Part shown: in pieces, positions 56,093 through 64,000 of the stretch
Numbering within the stretch: the stretch's first letter is position 1
Layout of the letters: every line of letters starts with the position of its first letter
Assembly: GCA_945900455.1 (NCBI GenBank)
Contig: CAMDJH010000003.1
Span: forward strand, 5,006 to 69,005
Direction of reading: 5' to 3'
DNA length: 64,000 nt
Source: Akkermansia muciniphila
Lineage (GTDB): Bacteria; Verrucomicrobiota; Verrucomicrobiia; Limisphaerales; UBA9464
Position numbers and translations under genes: made by a program
Notes under the pieces: model-generated
The model's input: only the letters and a program-made list of their open reading frames with translations
Database searches by the model: none
What the model was told of the DNA's origin: nothing

Positions 56093-57196
56093 ATGTCGGC
56101 TGCAAAAATACCTTTTGTCGATCTGGGTCAACAGTATCGGGCGCTCAAACCCGAGATGGACGCGGCCGTAACCGCGGTCATGGGCCGTGGGGATTTTATC
56201 CTCGGCGAAGACGTTGCCGCCTTTGAACGAGAGTTCGCGGAATTCTGTCAGGCGGAGCATTGCATCGGAGTCAGCGATGGTCTCGATGCCTTGCAACTCG
56301 CCCTGCGCGTACTCGGAATCGGCCCCGGAGACGAGGTCATCCTGCCGACTCACACGTTCATCGCCACCGCCCTCGCCGTCTGGCAGTCTGGCGCAAAACC
56401 GGTCCTCGTCGATGTCGATCCCTGCCATTACACGATGGATCCGGAGGCCACCGCCCGGGCGATCACCTCTCGAACGAAGGCGTTACTGCCGGTTCATCTC
56501 TACGGTCAACCCGCGGATATGGATCCGCTGCTTGAGCTGGCCCGAAAGCACAAACTTTCCGTCGTGGAGGATGCCGCTCAGGCGCACGGCGCAGAATACA
56601 AAGGCCGCCGATGCGGCACCTTGGGCGACATCGGTTGTTTCAGCTTTTACCCAGGCAAGAATCTCGGTGCCTACGGTGACGCCGGCGGCATCACGACACA
56701 ACGCGAGGATCTCGCCAGCCGTCTTCGGATCTTGCGCAACTACGGTCAGCAGCCGAAAAATGTTCACCCGTTGAAGGGCTTTAATAGTCGGCTCGATACG
56801 ATGCAGGCGGCGATTCTCCGCGTAAAATTGCGCCACCTCGAATCATGGAATGAGAGTCGACGCAAGGCGGCCGCCCGATACGGGGAACTGCTCCGCAACT
56901 CCAAGATTCAAGCGCCCGCGACCGCGACCTATGCCAAGCACGTGTGGCACTTGTATGTCATCGAAACCGACCACCGGCCCGCAGTGCAGTCGGCACTCGA
57001 TGCCGCCGGCGCCTCGCATGGTGTCCATTATCCTTCTCCGGTGCATCTTCACGAGGCGTTCCGGGATTTGGGCTACGCCCGAGGATCGTTCCCCGTCGCG
57101 GAAGCACTGACACCTCGGATCGTTTCGTTGCCGATTTTCCCAGAAATCACCGAGGACCAGATCCAGCGGATCGCCGCGGCCTGTCGCAGTGTCTAG
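56093..57196 (+). CDS. DegT/DnrJ/EryC1/StrS-family PLP-dependent sugar aminotransferase
   Basis: The ATG at 56093 gives '[26 protein letters not shown]...[20 protein letters not shown]'. '[17 protein letters not shown]' and the PLP-lysine region '[16 protein letters not shown]' are present. Confidence 0.85.
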   Translation: MSAAKIPFVDLGQQYRALKPEMDAAVTAVMGRGDFILGEDVAAFEREFAEFCQAEHCIGVSDGLDALQLALRVLGIGPGDEVILPTHTFIATALAVWQSGAKPVLVDVDPCHYTMDPEATARAITSRTKALLPVHLYGQPADMDPLLELARKHKLSVVEDAAQAHGAEYKGRRCGTLGDIGCFSFYPGKNLGAYGDAGGITTQREDLASRLRILRNYGQQPKNVHPLKGFNSRLDTMQAAILRVKLRHLESWNESRRKAAARYGELLRNSKIQAPATATYAKHVWHLYVIETDHRPAVQSALDAAGASHGVHYPSPVHLHEAFRDLGYARGSFPVAEALTPRIVSLPIFPEITEDQIQRIAAACRSV

Positions 57197-58778
57197 GCGC
57201 GGCGTAAGGCCCACCTCCCAATCCTCTGTGGACTCAACCGCCATCCCGCAGCACACACTCTCCAGGAAACGGGATGCGCTTTGGTTCATCGGCCTGCTGG
57301 CGGTGGCCACCGGCTATTACTGGATCATCCAATGGCAGCATTTTGGCTATTGGTCGGACACCACTCTCTACATCGCCGGAGCCCGCTCGCTGGCGGAAGG
57401 CCACGGATACAACTTTGGCGCTCACTACGGAACTCCCCGAATCGGCCTCTACCCTCCGGTGCAGTCCGCCTGGATGGCCCTGTGGTGGAAGCTCAACCCC
57501 AATTTCCCCGACAACGTCCCCTGGCTCAATGCCAGCATGATTGTCCTCGCCGTCGGATCCCTCGGCTGCGGCTTCTACTATCTTCGAAAGCAATCCGTCC
57601 CGCCCATGGTCGCCGCCGCCGCAATGCTCACCTGGGGCGCTTCCGCGAAATGGTCGAATTTTATCTTCTGGCTCTCGTCCGACATCGGATTCTGCGGGCT
57701 CGGCATCGCGATCGCGTGCGTATGGCTGCGCCCTTGGAAAAACCGCGACATCCCCTGGTGGCTGACCGGGTTCGCCCTGGCGCTCGCTTATGGGTGGCGG
57801 ACGGCCGCGGTCGGCCTCATTGCCGGAACTGGCTTGGTCGCTCTCTGGCAGGTTCGGCAGCGACGATTTGTCCCGCTGCTGGCGATCGGCCTGCCGACCG
57901 GCATCGCGTTTTTCACCTGGCGCGCGTTATCAGCGGGGAGCCCTGGATATCTTGCCATCTGGCCCGAATTCATCCGCGACCTGGGCGGCTGGGGCGGCTA
58001 CGTCCTGCAAGTTCTCAAGAACATTGGCTCGTGTGTTCGCGGTCAACCGTTCTGGGATATGATTTGCGGATCAATCGCCCGGCTTCCAGAGCGGATCGGT
58101 GAAAAAAATGCGGCCGCCGGGTTCCTGGCGGGACTCTTAACCATGACGGCCTTCTGGCTCTTCGCGCGCCTCGTTTGGAAAGGCTGGCGAACTGGCACCA
58201 CCGACCTCGACCGCGCACTCGCTATCATCGCCGGGGTGTACACGCTCCAAGTCGTGGTGGTTCCGTTCGGTCCCGAACATTTTCACCGCTACTTCTACTT
58301 GTTCCTGACCCCGGCTTTCGCGTGGGCTTGGCGCGGCTGGCAAACAACCCAACGCCCCGCCTCCTGGGAATCGCGGGTCACCCTGGGAGCCCTCGCCCTA
58401 TTCGTCGGCCTCTTCCTCGCAAATGCACAAAAAATCCGCAAAGATCGCCTCTACATGGAGGAACTGCTGCCGCTGTCCGAACTGAAGGAAGCCGCGGATT
58501 GGACTCGCAATAACACACCCTCGGAGGCGCCTGTGGCGATCGACTTCAGGCTCCCAATCGAACATTTTCATGCCTGGCTCGGTCGCCCTCTGCTCGTGGA
58601 TTATTTCCACCCAACCTATCGCACAAGTCCCGTGCCCTACTCCGCGCAGGGCGGGATTAAGGCGGACTATGTATTGGTCTGTACCAAGGGGCCCGAGATC
58701 TACACACCTCCGGCGCGCTTCCCCGTGGTGTTCCGCTCGCACTCGGACCGATTCCGCGTCGTCCAGGTGGTGCCGTAG
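57189..58778 (+). CDS. Polytopic membrane glycosyltransferase, ArnT/PMT (GT39/GT83)-like
   Basis: The GTG start at 57189 overlaps the aminotransferase stop; another GTG lies at 57228. About 11-13 TM segments. The N-terminal loop '[24 protein letters not shown]' resembles the ArnT/PMT_2 opening motif. The alternative-frame ORF 57281-58102 is Arg/Pro-rich junk. Confidence 0.55.
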   Translation: MSRRGVRPTSQSSVDSTAIPQHTLSRKRDALWFIGLLAVATGYYWIIQWQHFGYWSDTTLYIAGARSLAEGHGYNFGAHYGTPRIGLYPPVQSAWMALWWKLNPNFPDNVPWLNASMIVLAVGSLGCGFYYLRKQSVPPMVAAAAMLTWGASAKWSNFIFWLSSDIGFCGLGIAIACVWLRPWKNRDIPWWLTGFALALAYGWRTAAVGLIAGTGLVALWQVRQRRFVPLLAIGLPTGIAFFTWRALSAGSPGYLAIWPEFIRDLGGWGGYVLQVLKNIGSCVRGQPFWDMICGSIARLPERIGEKNAAAGFLAGLLTMTAFWLFARLVWKGWRTGTTDLDRALAIIAGVYTLQVVVVPFGPEHFHRYFYLFLTPAFAWAWRGWQTTQRPASWESRVTLGALALFVGLFLANAQKIRKDRLYMEELLPLSELKEAADWTRNNTPSEAPVAIDFRLPIEHFHAWLGRPLLVDYFHPTYRTSPVPYSAQGGIKADYVLVCTKGPEIYTPPARFPVVFRSHSDRFRVVQVVP

Positions 58779-58798
58779 GGAACGGGGGGAGGAGGGGG

Positions 58799-58868
58799 CA
58801 GTAGTCAGTAGTCAGTAATCAGTGATCAGTAATCAGTGATCAGTAGTCAGGGATCAGTAGTCAGGAGT
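58799..58868. repeat. Heptanucleotide microsatellite, 10 units of CAG(T/G)RRT
   Basis: The units are cagtagt cagtagt cagtaat cagtgat cagtaat cagtgat cagtagt cagggat cagtagt caggagt. The array follows a G-rich tract, gggaacggggggaggaggggg, at 58778-58798. Confidence 0.9.
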
Positions 58869-59017
58869 TCAATCTTTCAGGTCGCCAGTCTCGAATCACG
58901 TCCCACTAATCCGGAGGGTCTTGAAGCGCGACACCGATTTGCGTGAGTATTCACGCCGGGCGGCAGATCGAAAGCGCCGTCGTCGCTAAGAGCTCTGCCG
59001 GCGCACTCCAAATCGCG

Positions 59018-59067
59018 AAAAAGTGACAGGTTCAATTGAGTGACAAATATTAAGCCTGTCACTTTTT
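59018..59067. repeat. Palindromic intergenic element (13-bp arms, 24-nt spacer); possible bidirectional terminator
   Basis: aaaaagtgacagg (59018-59030) is the perfect reverse complement of cctgtcacttttt (59055-59067). The A-run/T-run flanks give a terminator-like shape on both strands, but the loop is long. The left arm plus 12 nt is identical to 51307-51331. Confidence 0.5.
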
Positions 59068-59206
59068 CTGAAAACTGATACGCACCCGTACCATTTTCGT
59101 TTGCACGCCGCTCCCGCCACCGGCATGTTCCGATCGTTCGTCGCCGCCTTGCGGTGCCCCGACTTGGCACTGTCAGGCAGTGCCGTTATTGTCTCTTCCG
59201 CCAACC

Positions 59207-61588
59207 ATGAAACGCTCGCTCGCCATCCCCGCCGTGACGGCTCTGTTCCTCGCCGCCGCATCCCTTCACCCCGCCTTTTCCGCGGATGGTTGGCTCACGT
59301 GGCGCGGGCCGCTCGGCACGTCGGTTTCCACCGAAAAAGGTCTGCCGAGCCGCATCGAGGGGCGCGAAACTCTCTGGACCGCCGATTTTCCAGGCCAGAG
59401 TAGTGCCGTCGTTGCGGACGGGCGTCTGTACATCAACGGCTATCTCGGCGAGGGATCGGATCTTCGCGAGGTGACCGCATGCTTCGATGCCGAAACGGGT
59501 CAACTCCTCTGGAACCACGCTGAGAACGATTTTCTGAGTGACACAATTTACCTCCGTTACGCCACCTCGTCTCCCAGCATCGACCTGGAAACTGGCAATA
59601 TTTATGTCCAGCACACGCAGGGGCTCGTGATGTGTTTCTCCCCAACCGGCACGCTCTTGTGGAAGCGGTCGATGATGGAGGAATTTGGGCGCCTGACCTT
59701 TCCGAACTCGCGGACCGCGACGCCCGTCATCGATCGGGAACTGGTCATCCTCCGTGGCATCACCAGTGCCTGGGGCGCACACGGTGCGGCCGGCGACCGA
59801 TTCTACGCCTTCGACAAACGAACCGGTGAACTCGTCTGGAGCTCCGCCCCCGGCGACCGTCCGCAGGACAACACCTTCTCCCAGCCATGGCTGGATTTTT
59901 GGAATGGAAAACGCGTGCTGTATAGCGCCGGGGGAGACAGTTCGATTCTGGCGATCAATGCCCGCACCGGCGAGCCGCTGTGGCGCTTTCCCTTCGCCAA
60001 GGCCGGTGCCAAAGGCGGCATCAACGCCGGGCTTGTTCGTCACGGCGACCATCTGATTGCCTTACACGAATCCGAAAACCTGGACTCGACCGAAATCGGA
60101 CGCATGGCCGCCTTCCGGATCCCCGCACCGGATACCGTCAAGCCGACCAACAGTCTGACGCCTCACGTCTTCGGCCCCAGGGACCTCGAGGTTTGGCGGA
60201 ACGGGATCGGCTCGCTCGCGAGTTCGCCGGTCCTCGTCGGGGATACGATCTATGAGGTGAACGGGACCGGCGATCTCTGCGCGGTAGACGCGCGGGATGG
60301 CAAGGTGTTGTGGAAGAAGAAAATCGGCATTGAACAGCGCCAAAGCACGCCGTTCTATGCGGACGGCCTTCTGTATGTCGCGATGTATGTGACGATGAAG
60401 GATGCCAAGGGTGCTGCCAGCTCGGACGGGGACAGCGTCGCAAATGGCGACCTCATTGTCCTGCGCCCCAGTCGCGACGGAGTGGAGGAATTGAGCCGAA
60501 CCCAATTAATTGGACGCTGCTACGGTTCTCCCATCGGGTACAACGGAAAGTTATATGTGCAGACCGATAAGAAGCTGTATGCGTTCGGGCGCGGTGGCCG
60601 GAACGCGGGACTGGCGGCGACGCCACCCCCGGTTGCGTGGCCAACGCCCGGTCTGGCCCGCCTTCTCCAGGCAATTCCCTATGAAGTGCTTCTCAAGCCG
60701 GGCGTTGCCCAGTCGTTCCGGATCCGATCGCTCGATGCCAATGGTTTCACGGTTTCAGAAAATCTGGATCCAAAAGCCCTGCATTGGGAGTCCTTCATCC
60801 CGCCGACCGCACTCGTGCGGGCCACGTTACGGGGCAGTTTTGACTCCGACGGCCGGCTGGTGGCGGACCAAGGCTCAACGCCGAGCGCCGGTCAGTTCAA
60901 ATGCAGTCTGGCTGGACCCGACGGGTCGACGTTGACGGGATATATCAAAGGCCGGGTGCTGCCGGATCTCCCGTTGAAATTTGATTTCCAAAACTATGCC
61001 ATTACGAACAAGACCACGAACTCCGTGGAAATGCCAACGGCGTTTGCCTATCCACCCCTTTCGTGGAATTCGGCCCGATTCCGCTTCGAAGTCCGCCAGA
61101 AGGACCCGGACTCCGGCACCAACCAGGCGCTCGTAAAAACCATCGACAACAAACTGTTTCAGCGCGGCCAGGTATTCTTTGGCCATTATTCGATGAAGAA
61201 CTATACGATCGAAGCCGATGTCCTGAGCGAAGGCACAAAGCGCAAGATGAGTGAAGTGGGGGTCATCAACCAACGCTACCTCATCCTCCTCAAAGGCAAT
61301 GCCCAACAACTCGAAATCAATTCGAACCAGGAACGTCTCAAGGTGGCTGCATCCTTTAAATGGCTTCCCGAAACGTGGTATCGGATCAAGGCACGCGTGG
61401 ACCTCGCCGACGACGGCTCGGGAACGGTCCGGGCCAAGGCTTGGAAGCGAGGCGATCCGGAGCCGGACGCGTGGACCCTGGAGGTTCCTCATAAGACGGC
61501 CCACCGGGAAGGCTCTCCGGGGCTATTCGGTTTTGCCCCGCAGGAAATGCGGGTGGCCATCGATAATATAGTCGTATCCGCCAACTAA
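59207..61588 (+). CDS. Secreted PQQ-like (BamB-type) beta-propeller repeat protein with a C-terminal jelly-roll-like extension
   Basis: The ATG at 59207 gives 'MKRSLAIPAVTALFLAAASLHPAFSADGWLTWRGP'. Recurrent 'G.LY....dG.l.A.D..tG...W' strands are present, e.g. 'DLCAVDARDGKVLWKK'. The last ~250 aa resemble ConA-like lectin/glucanase-fold modules (weak call). Confidence 0.7.
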   Translation: MKRSLAIPAVTALFLAAASLHPAFSADGWLTWRGPLGTSVSTEKGLPSRIEGRETLWTADFPGQSSAVVADGRLYINGYLGEGSDLREVTACFDAETGQLLWNHAENDFLSDTIYLRYATSSPSIDLETGNIYVQHTQGLVMCFSPTGTLLWKRSMMEEFGRLTFPNSRTATPVIDRELVILRGITSAWGAHGAAGDRFYAFDKRTGELVWSSAPGDRPQDNTFSQPWLDFWNGKRVLYSAGGDSSILAINARTGEPLWRFPFAKAGAKGGINAGLVRHGDHLIALHESENLDSTEIGRMAAFRIPAPDTVKPTNSLTPHVFGPRDLEVWRNGIGSLASSPVLVGDTIYEVNGTGDLCAVDARDGKVLWKKKIGIEQRQSTPFYADGLLYVAMYVTMKDAKGAASSDGDSVANGDLIVLRPSRDGVEELSRTQLIGRCYGSPIGYNGKLYVQTDKKLYAFGRGGRNAGLAATPPPVAWPTPGLARLLQAIPYEVLLKPGVAQSFRIRSLDANGFTVSENLDPKALHWESFIPPTALVRATLRGSFDSDGRLVADQGSTPSAGQFKCSLAGPDGSTLTGYIKGRVLPDLPLKFDFQNYAITNKTTNSVEMPTAFAYPPLSWNSARFRFEVRQKDPDSGTNQALVKTIDNKLFQRGQVFFGHYSMKNYTIEADVLSEGTKRKMSEVGVINQRYLILLKGNAQQLEINSNQERLKVAASFKWLPETWYRIKARVDLADDGSGTVRAKAWKRGDPEPDAWTLEVPHKTAHREGSPGLFGFAPQEMRVAIDNIVVSAN

Positions 61589-61635
61589 TTTTTCTCGAAC
61601 TCAAATTCACACCGGACTACCGCTTTGCAGATCCA

Positions 61636-63279
61636 ATGAAACTGTCGCTTCTGACTCCCGCTCTCCTCACTGCCGCGCTGCTCGCCCATGCCGAAGACTG
61701 GCCTCAATGGGGTGGCAATGATCTAGGCCGAAACATGTACGCTCCGGCCAAAGGTCTGCCGGACACCTTCAACCCCGGTAAAGTCAAGGCGGGTAGCGAG
61801 GAGATTGACCTCAAGACCACCAAGAATGTGAAATGGGCCGTAAAGCTCGGCTCCCAAAGTTACGGCAATCCCGTAGTGAGCAACGGCAAGGTGTACGTCG
61901 GCACCAACAATGAATCCCCCCGCGACAAGCGCCACTCCGGGGACCGCAGTGTCTTGTATTGCTTCGATGAAAAGACGGGGGCATTTCTCTGGCAACTCGT
62001 GGTCCCCAAGTTGAAATCCGGCAAGGTGAACGACTGGGAAAGCCTCGGGTTGCTCGCATCCCCCCTCGTCATCGGAAACCGTCTCTGGATCGTGACCAGT
62101 CGATGCGAAGTGCTGTGCCTGGACACGGAAGGCCTCGCCAACGGCAATGACGGCGAATATCAGGACGAGGCCAAGTACGCCGTCCTCGACACTGGCAAAC
62201 CCCCCGTGGAACTTGGCAAAAGGGACGCCGATATCATCTGGCGCTACGACATGATGTTTGAACTCGGCGTATTCCCGCACAACGCTTCGAATTGCTCGGT
62301 AATCCTTGTCGACGGAATCCTCTACATCTGCACCTCGAATGGCCAGGACTGGACCCATGTCAATATTCCGTCGCCGACCAGTCCCTCCTTCATCGCGCTC
62401 GATCCGAAGACAGGCAAACTTCTCGGAGAAGACGATGCCGGAATCGGCCCGCGGATTTTCCACGGGCAATGGACCTCCCCTTCCGCCGGCAAAGTGAAAG
62501 GAAAATGGCAGATTTTCTTCGGCGGTGGTGACGGCGTCTGCTATGCGTTGGCGGCAAAACCCGCCAAAGGCGACGGATCCCCGATCGTCCCCGTTCTACC
62601 CGGGGCCGAACTGAAGCGGGAGGAGGACCCGGAAAACAATTATCTCCGCAAGGTCTGGTGGGCCGATTTGAATCCGCCCGAGTATAAGACTAAGGCGGGC
62701 AAGCCCATCAAATACCCGGAGCCCGAAGGGCCGAGTGAAATCAATTCAACCCCGGTTTTCTACCAGGACCGGATCTATGTTGCGACCGGCCAAGACCCTG
62801 AACACGGCGAGGGCGTTGGTCGCCTCGTCTGCCTGGATTCGACCCAGACCGGCGATATCACAAAGACGGGGGTTATCTGGGATTACAAGGGGGTGAAACG
62901 AAGCATCTCCACGGTTTCGATCGATCCCGACACCGGGCTCCTTTTCCTGGCGGACTACAGTGGCTTCATTCACTGCCTGGATGCGGCAAAAGGCACCTTG
63001 CACTGGATATACGACATGAAAGCGCATATGTGGGGCTCCACATTGGTCGCCGACGGCAAGGTTTATGTTGGAGACGAAGACGGCGACGTTGTGGTGCTCA
63101 AGGCGGACAAGAAACTCAAGGTCATTAGCGAGACCAACCTCGGATCCCCTGTTTATGGAACTCCGATTGTGGCCAATGGGACCCTGTATCTCATGAGCCA
63201 GAATCATCTTTTTTCCGTGGGGGCCAATGCCACTCCGGTGCTGTCCGACAAGGCGGACGGCGTGCAAATCAAGAACTAG
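61636..63279 (+). CDS. Secreted PQQ-like (BamB-type) beta-propeller repeat protein
   Basis: 'MKLSLLTPALLTAALLAHAEDWPQWGGNDLGRNMY', 'VLYCFDEKTGAFLWQ', 'VLCLDTEGL', 'FIHCLDAAKGTLHWIYD' and 'GTLYLMSQNHLFSV' are typical PQQ-like repeat strands. Confidence 0.75.
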   Translation: MKLSLLTPALLTAALLAHAEDWPQWGGNDLGRNMYAPAKGLPDTFNPGKVKAGSEEIDLKTTKNVKWAVKLGSQSYGNPVVSNGKVYVGTNNESPRDKRHSGDRSVLYCFDEKTGAFLWQLVVPKLKSGKVNDWESLGLLASPLVIGNRLWIVTSRCEVLCLDTEGLANGNDGEYQDEAKYAVLDTGKPPVELGKRDADIIWRYDMMFELGVFPHNASNCSVILVDGILYICTSNGQDWTHVNIPSPTSPSFIALDPKTGKLLGEDDAGIGPRIFHGQWTSPSAGKVKGKWQIFFGGGDGVCYALAAKPAKGDGSPIVPVLPGAELKREEDPENNYLRKVWWADLNPPEYKTKAGKPIKYPEPEGPSEINSTPVFYQDRIYVATGQDPEHGEGVGRLVCLDSTQTGDITKTGVIWDYKGVKRSISTVSIDPDTGLLFLADYSGFIHCLDAAKGTLHWIYDMKAHMWGSTLVADGKVYVGDEDGDVVVLKADKKLKVISETNLGSPVYGTPIVANGTLYLMSQNHLFSVGANATPVLSDKADGVQIKN

Positions 63280-63303
63280 ATCCCATTCCCTCCAGCCCTG
63301 ATC

Positions 63304-64000
63304 ATGAGTACTGCAATGACACCGGACGCCGTTCAAACGGCGCGGAACCAACTAAACCAACACCTGGTCGAGATTCTCGACTGGCATTTCAGCCCGGAGA
63401 CCGGATCGCCGTTCTGGCTCGACTGGGCGAAAAGGAACTTCGATCCCCGGAAGGAAGTCCGATCCGTCGACGACTTGAACAAGTTTCCCCATTTCCAGGA
63501 CGAATGGCTCCGCGATCTCCAACCCGAGGTTTGGGTGCCCGCCGCCTTCAAAGGCAAGCCCTTCAACATTTTTGAAACGGGAGGGACGACGGGCATGCCA
63601 AAACAGCGGATCGGATGGAACGACTACAAGGTCGACTATTCGGAGTTTAGTGAGAAGATTGCAGACGCCCATTTCCCTCGGAATCATTTCTGGTTGATGA
63701 TGGGCCCGACCGGTCCCCGTCGCCTGCGGTTGGCCATTGAACACCTGGCCAATGTCCGGGGCAGTTGCTGCTACTTCATCGACCTCGATCCGCGCTGGGT
63801 GAAAAAAGTGATCACCCGGAAACAGTTTGATCAGGCCAAGGCCTATATGGATCACGTGGTGGATCAGGCGGCGACGATCTTAAAACACCGCAAGGTCAGC
63901 GGGCTTTTTACCACTCCGAAGCTTCTGGAGGCGCTCGCCGAAAAGGTCAACCTGTATGAATCCGGAATTCGGGGAGTTTTCTGCGGCGGCACCACCATGG
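63304..64000 (+). CDS. Adenylate-forming enzyme, phenylacetate-CoA ligase / F390 synthetase-like; 3' end outside the window
   Basis: Not in the ORF track because there is no stop in the window. My translation from the ATG at 63304 is 'MSTAMTPDAVQTARNQLNQHLVEILDWHFSPETGSPFWLDW...FNIFETGGTTGMPKQR...GVFCGGTTM'. 'ETGGTTGMPK' resembles the AMP-binding P-loop of PaaK-like ligases. Confidence 0.5.
   Translation, partial: MSTAMTPDAVQTARNQLNQHLVEILDWHFSPETGSPFWLDWAKRNFDPRKEVRSVDDLNKFPHFQDEWLRDLQPEVWVPAAFKGKPFNIFETGGTTGMPKQRIGWNDYKVDYSEFSEKIADAHFPRNHFWLMMGPTGPRRLRLAIEHLANVRGSCCYFIDLDPRWVKKVITRKQFDQAKAYMDHVVDQAATILKHRKVSGLFTTPKLLEALAEKVNLYESGIRGVFCGGTTM

Noticed and set aside
57281-58102. 273-aa alternative-frame ORF inside the ArnT-like gene
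   Set aside because: It is Arg/Pro/Gly-rich and non-hydrophobic, whereas the annotated frame gives a coherent polytopic membrane protein.
58778-58798. G-quadruplex call for the G-rich tract as a stand-alone feature
   Set aside because: Four independent runs of at least 3 G with proper loops exist only if the G6 run is split. That is too marginal to list as a feature, so it is mentioned only within the microsatellite finding.

Overview
High-GC bacterial chromosomal segment. The gene content suggests the PVC superphylum (Verrucomicrobiota or Planctomycetota), by inference only: five intact 'prepilin leader + H-X9-DG' pseudopilin-like genes, a giant protein with a LEPR-XLL-type N-terminus, LTD/CotH and GEVED proteins, and typical short intergenic repeats. 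Bases 1-16,000 hold mostly housekeeping and metabolic genes: a 5'-truncated GTP-PEPCK, an OPT transporter, an FKBP PPIase, an L-rhamnonate-dehydratase-like enolase with an MFS transporter, Fpg/MutM, a copper amine oxidase and an M48 protease. These are interrupted by gene remnants (a pseudopilin fragment, an S9 peptidase fragment, a sulfatase stub), a MITE-like repeat, and one intact IS630 element with 25-bp terminal inverted repeats and a TA duplication. Bases 16,092-49,547 (33,426 nt, 52% of the window) hold three very large secreted-protein genes. The first is a 1,843-aa protein with five tandem GEVED modules. It is translationally coupled (ATGA overlap) to a 6,924-aa giant protein: LEPR-XLL-type N-terminus, BNR beta-propeller, about 2,100 aa of unassigned sequence, Calx-beta and SdrD-B arrays, and about 1,800 aa of RTX modules. 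Divergent from the giant gene is a 2,372-aa PA14/Ig/ConA-like/6xLTD/CotH protein. The rest of the window holds a cluster of pseudopilin-like genes, a LarA-like/DegT/ArnT-like operon, two PQQ-like beta-propeller proteins and a 3'-truncated adenylate-forming enzyme. I saw no rRNA, tRNA or CRISPR array. The best candidate for something undescribed is the giant-protein locus, especially its unassigned central region and its linkage to the GEVED, CotH and pseudopilin-like genes. All domain calls come from motif recognition by eye, and no database search was run.
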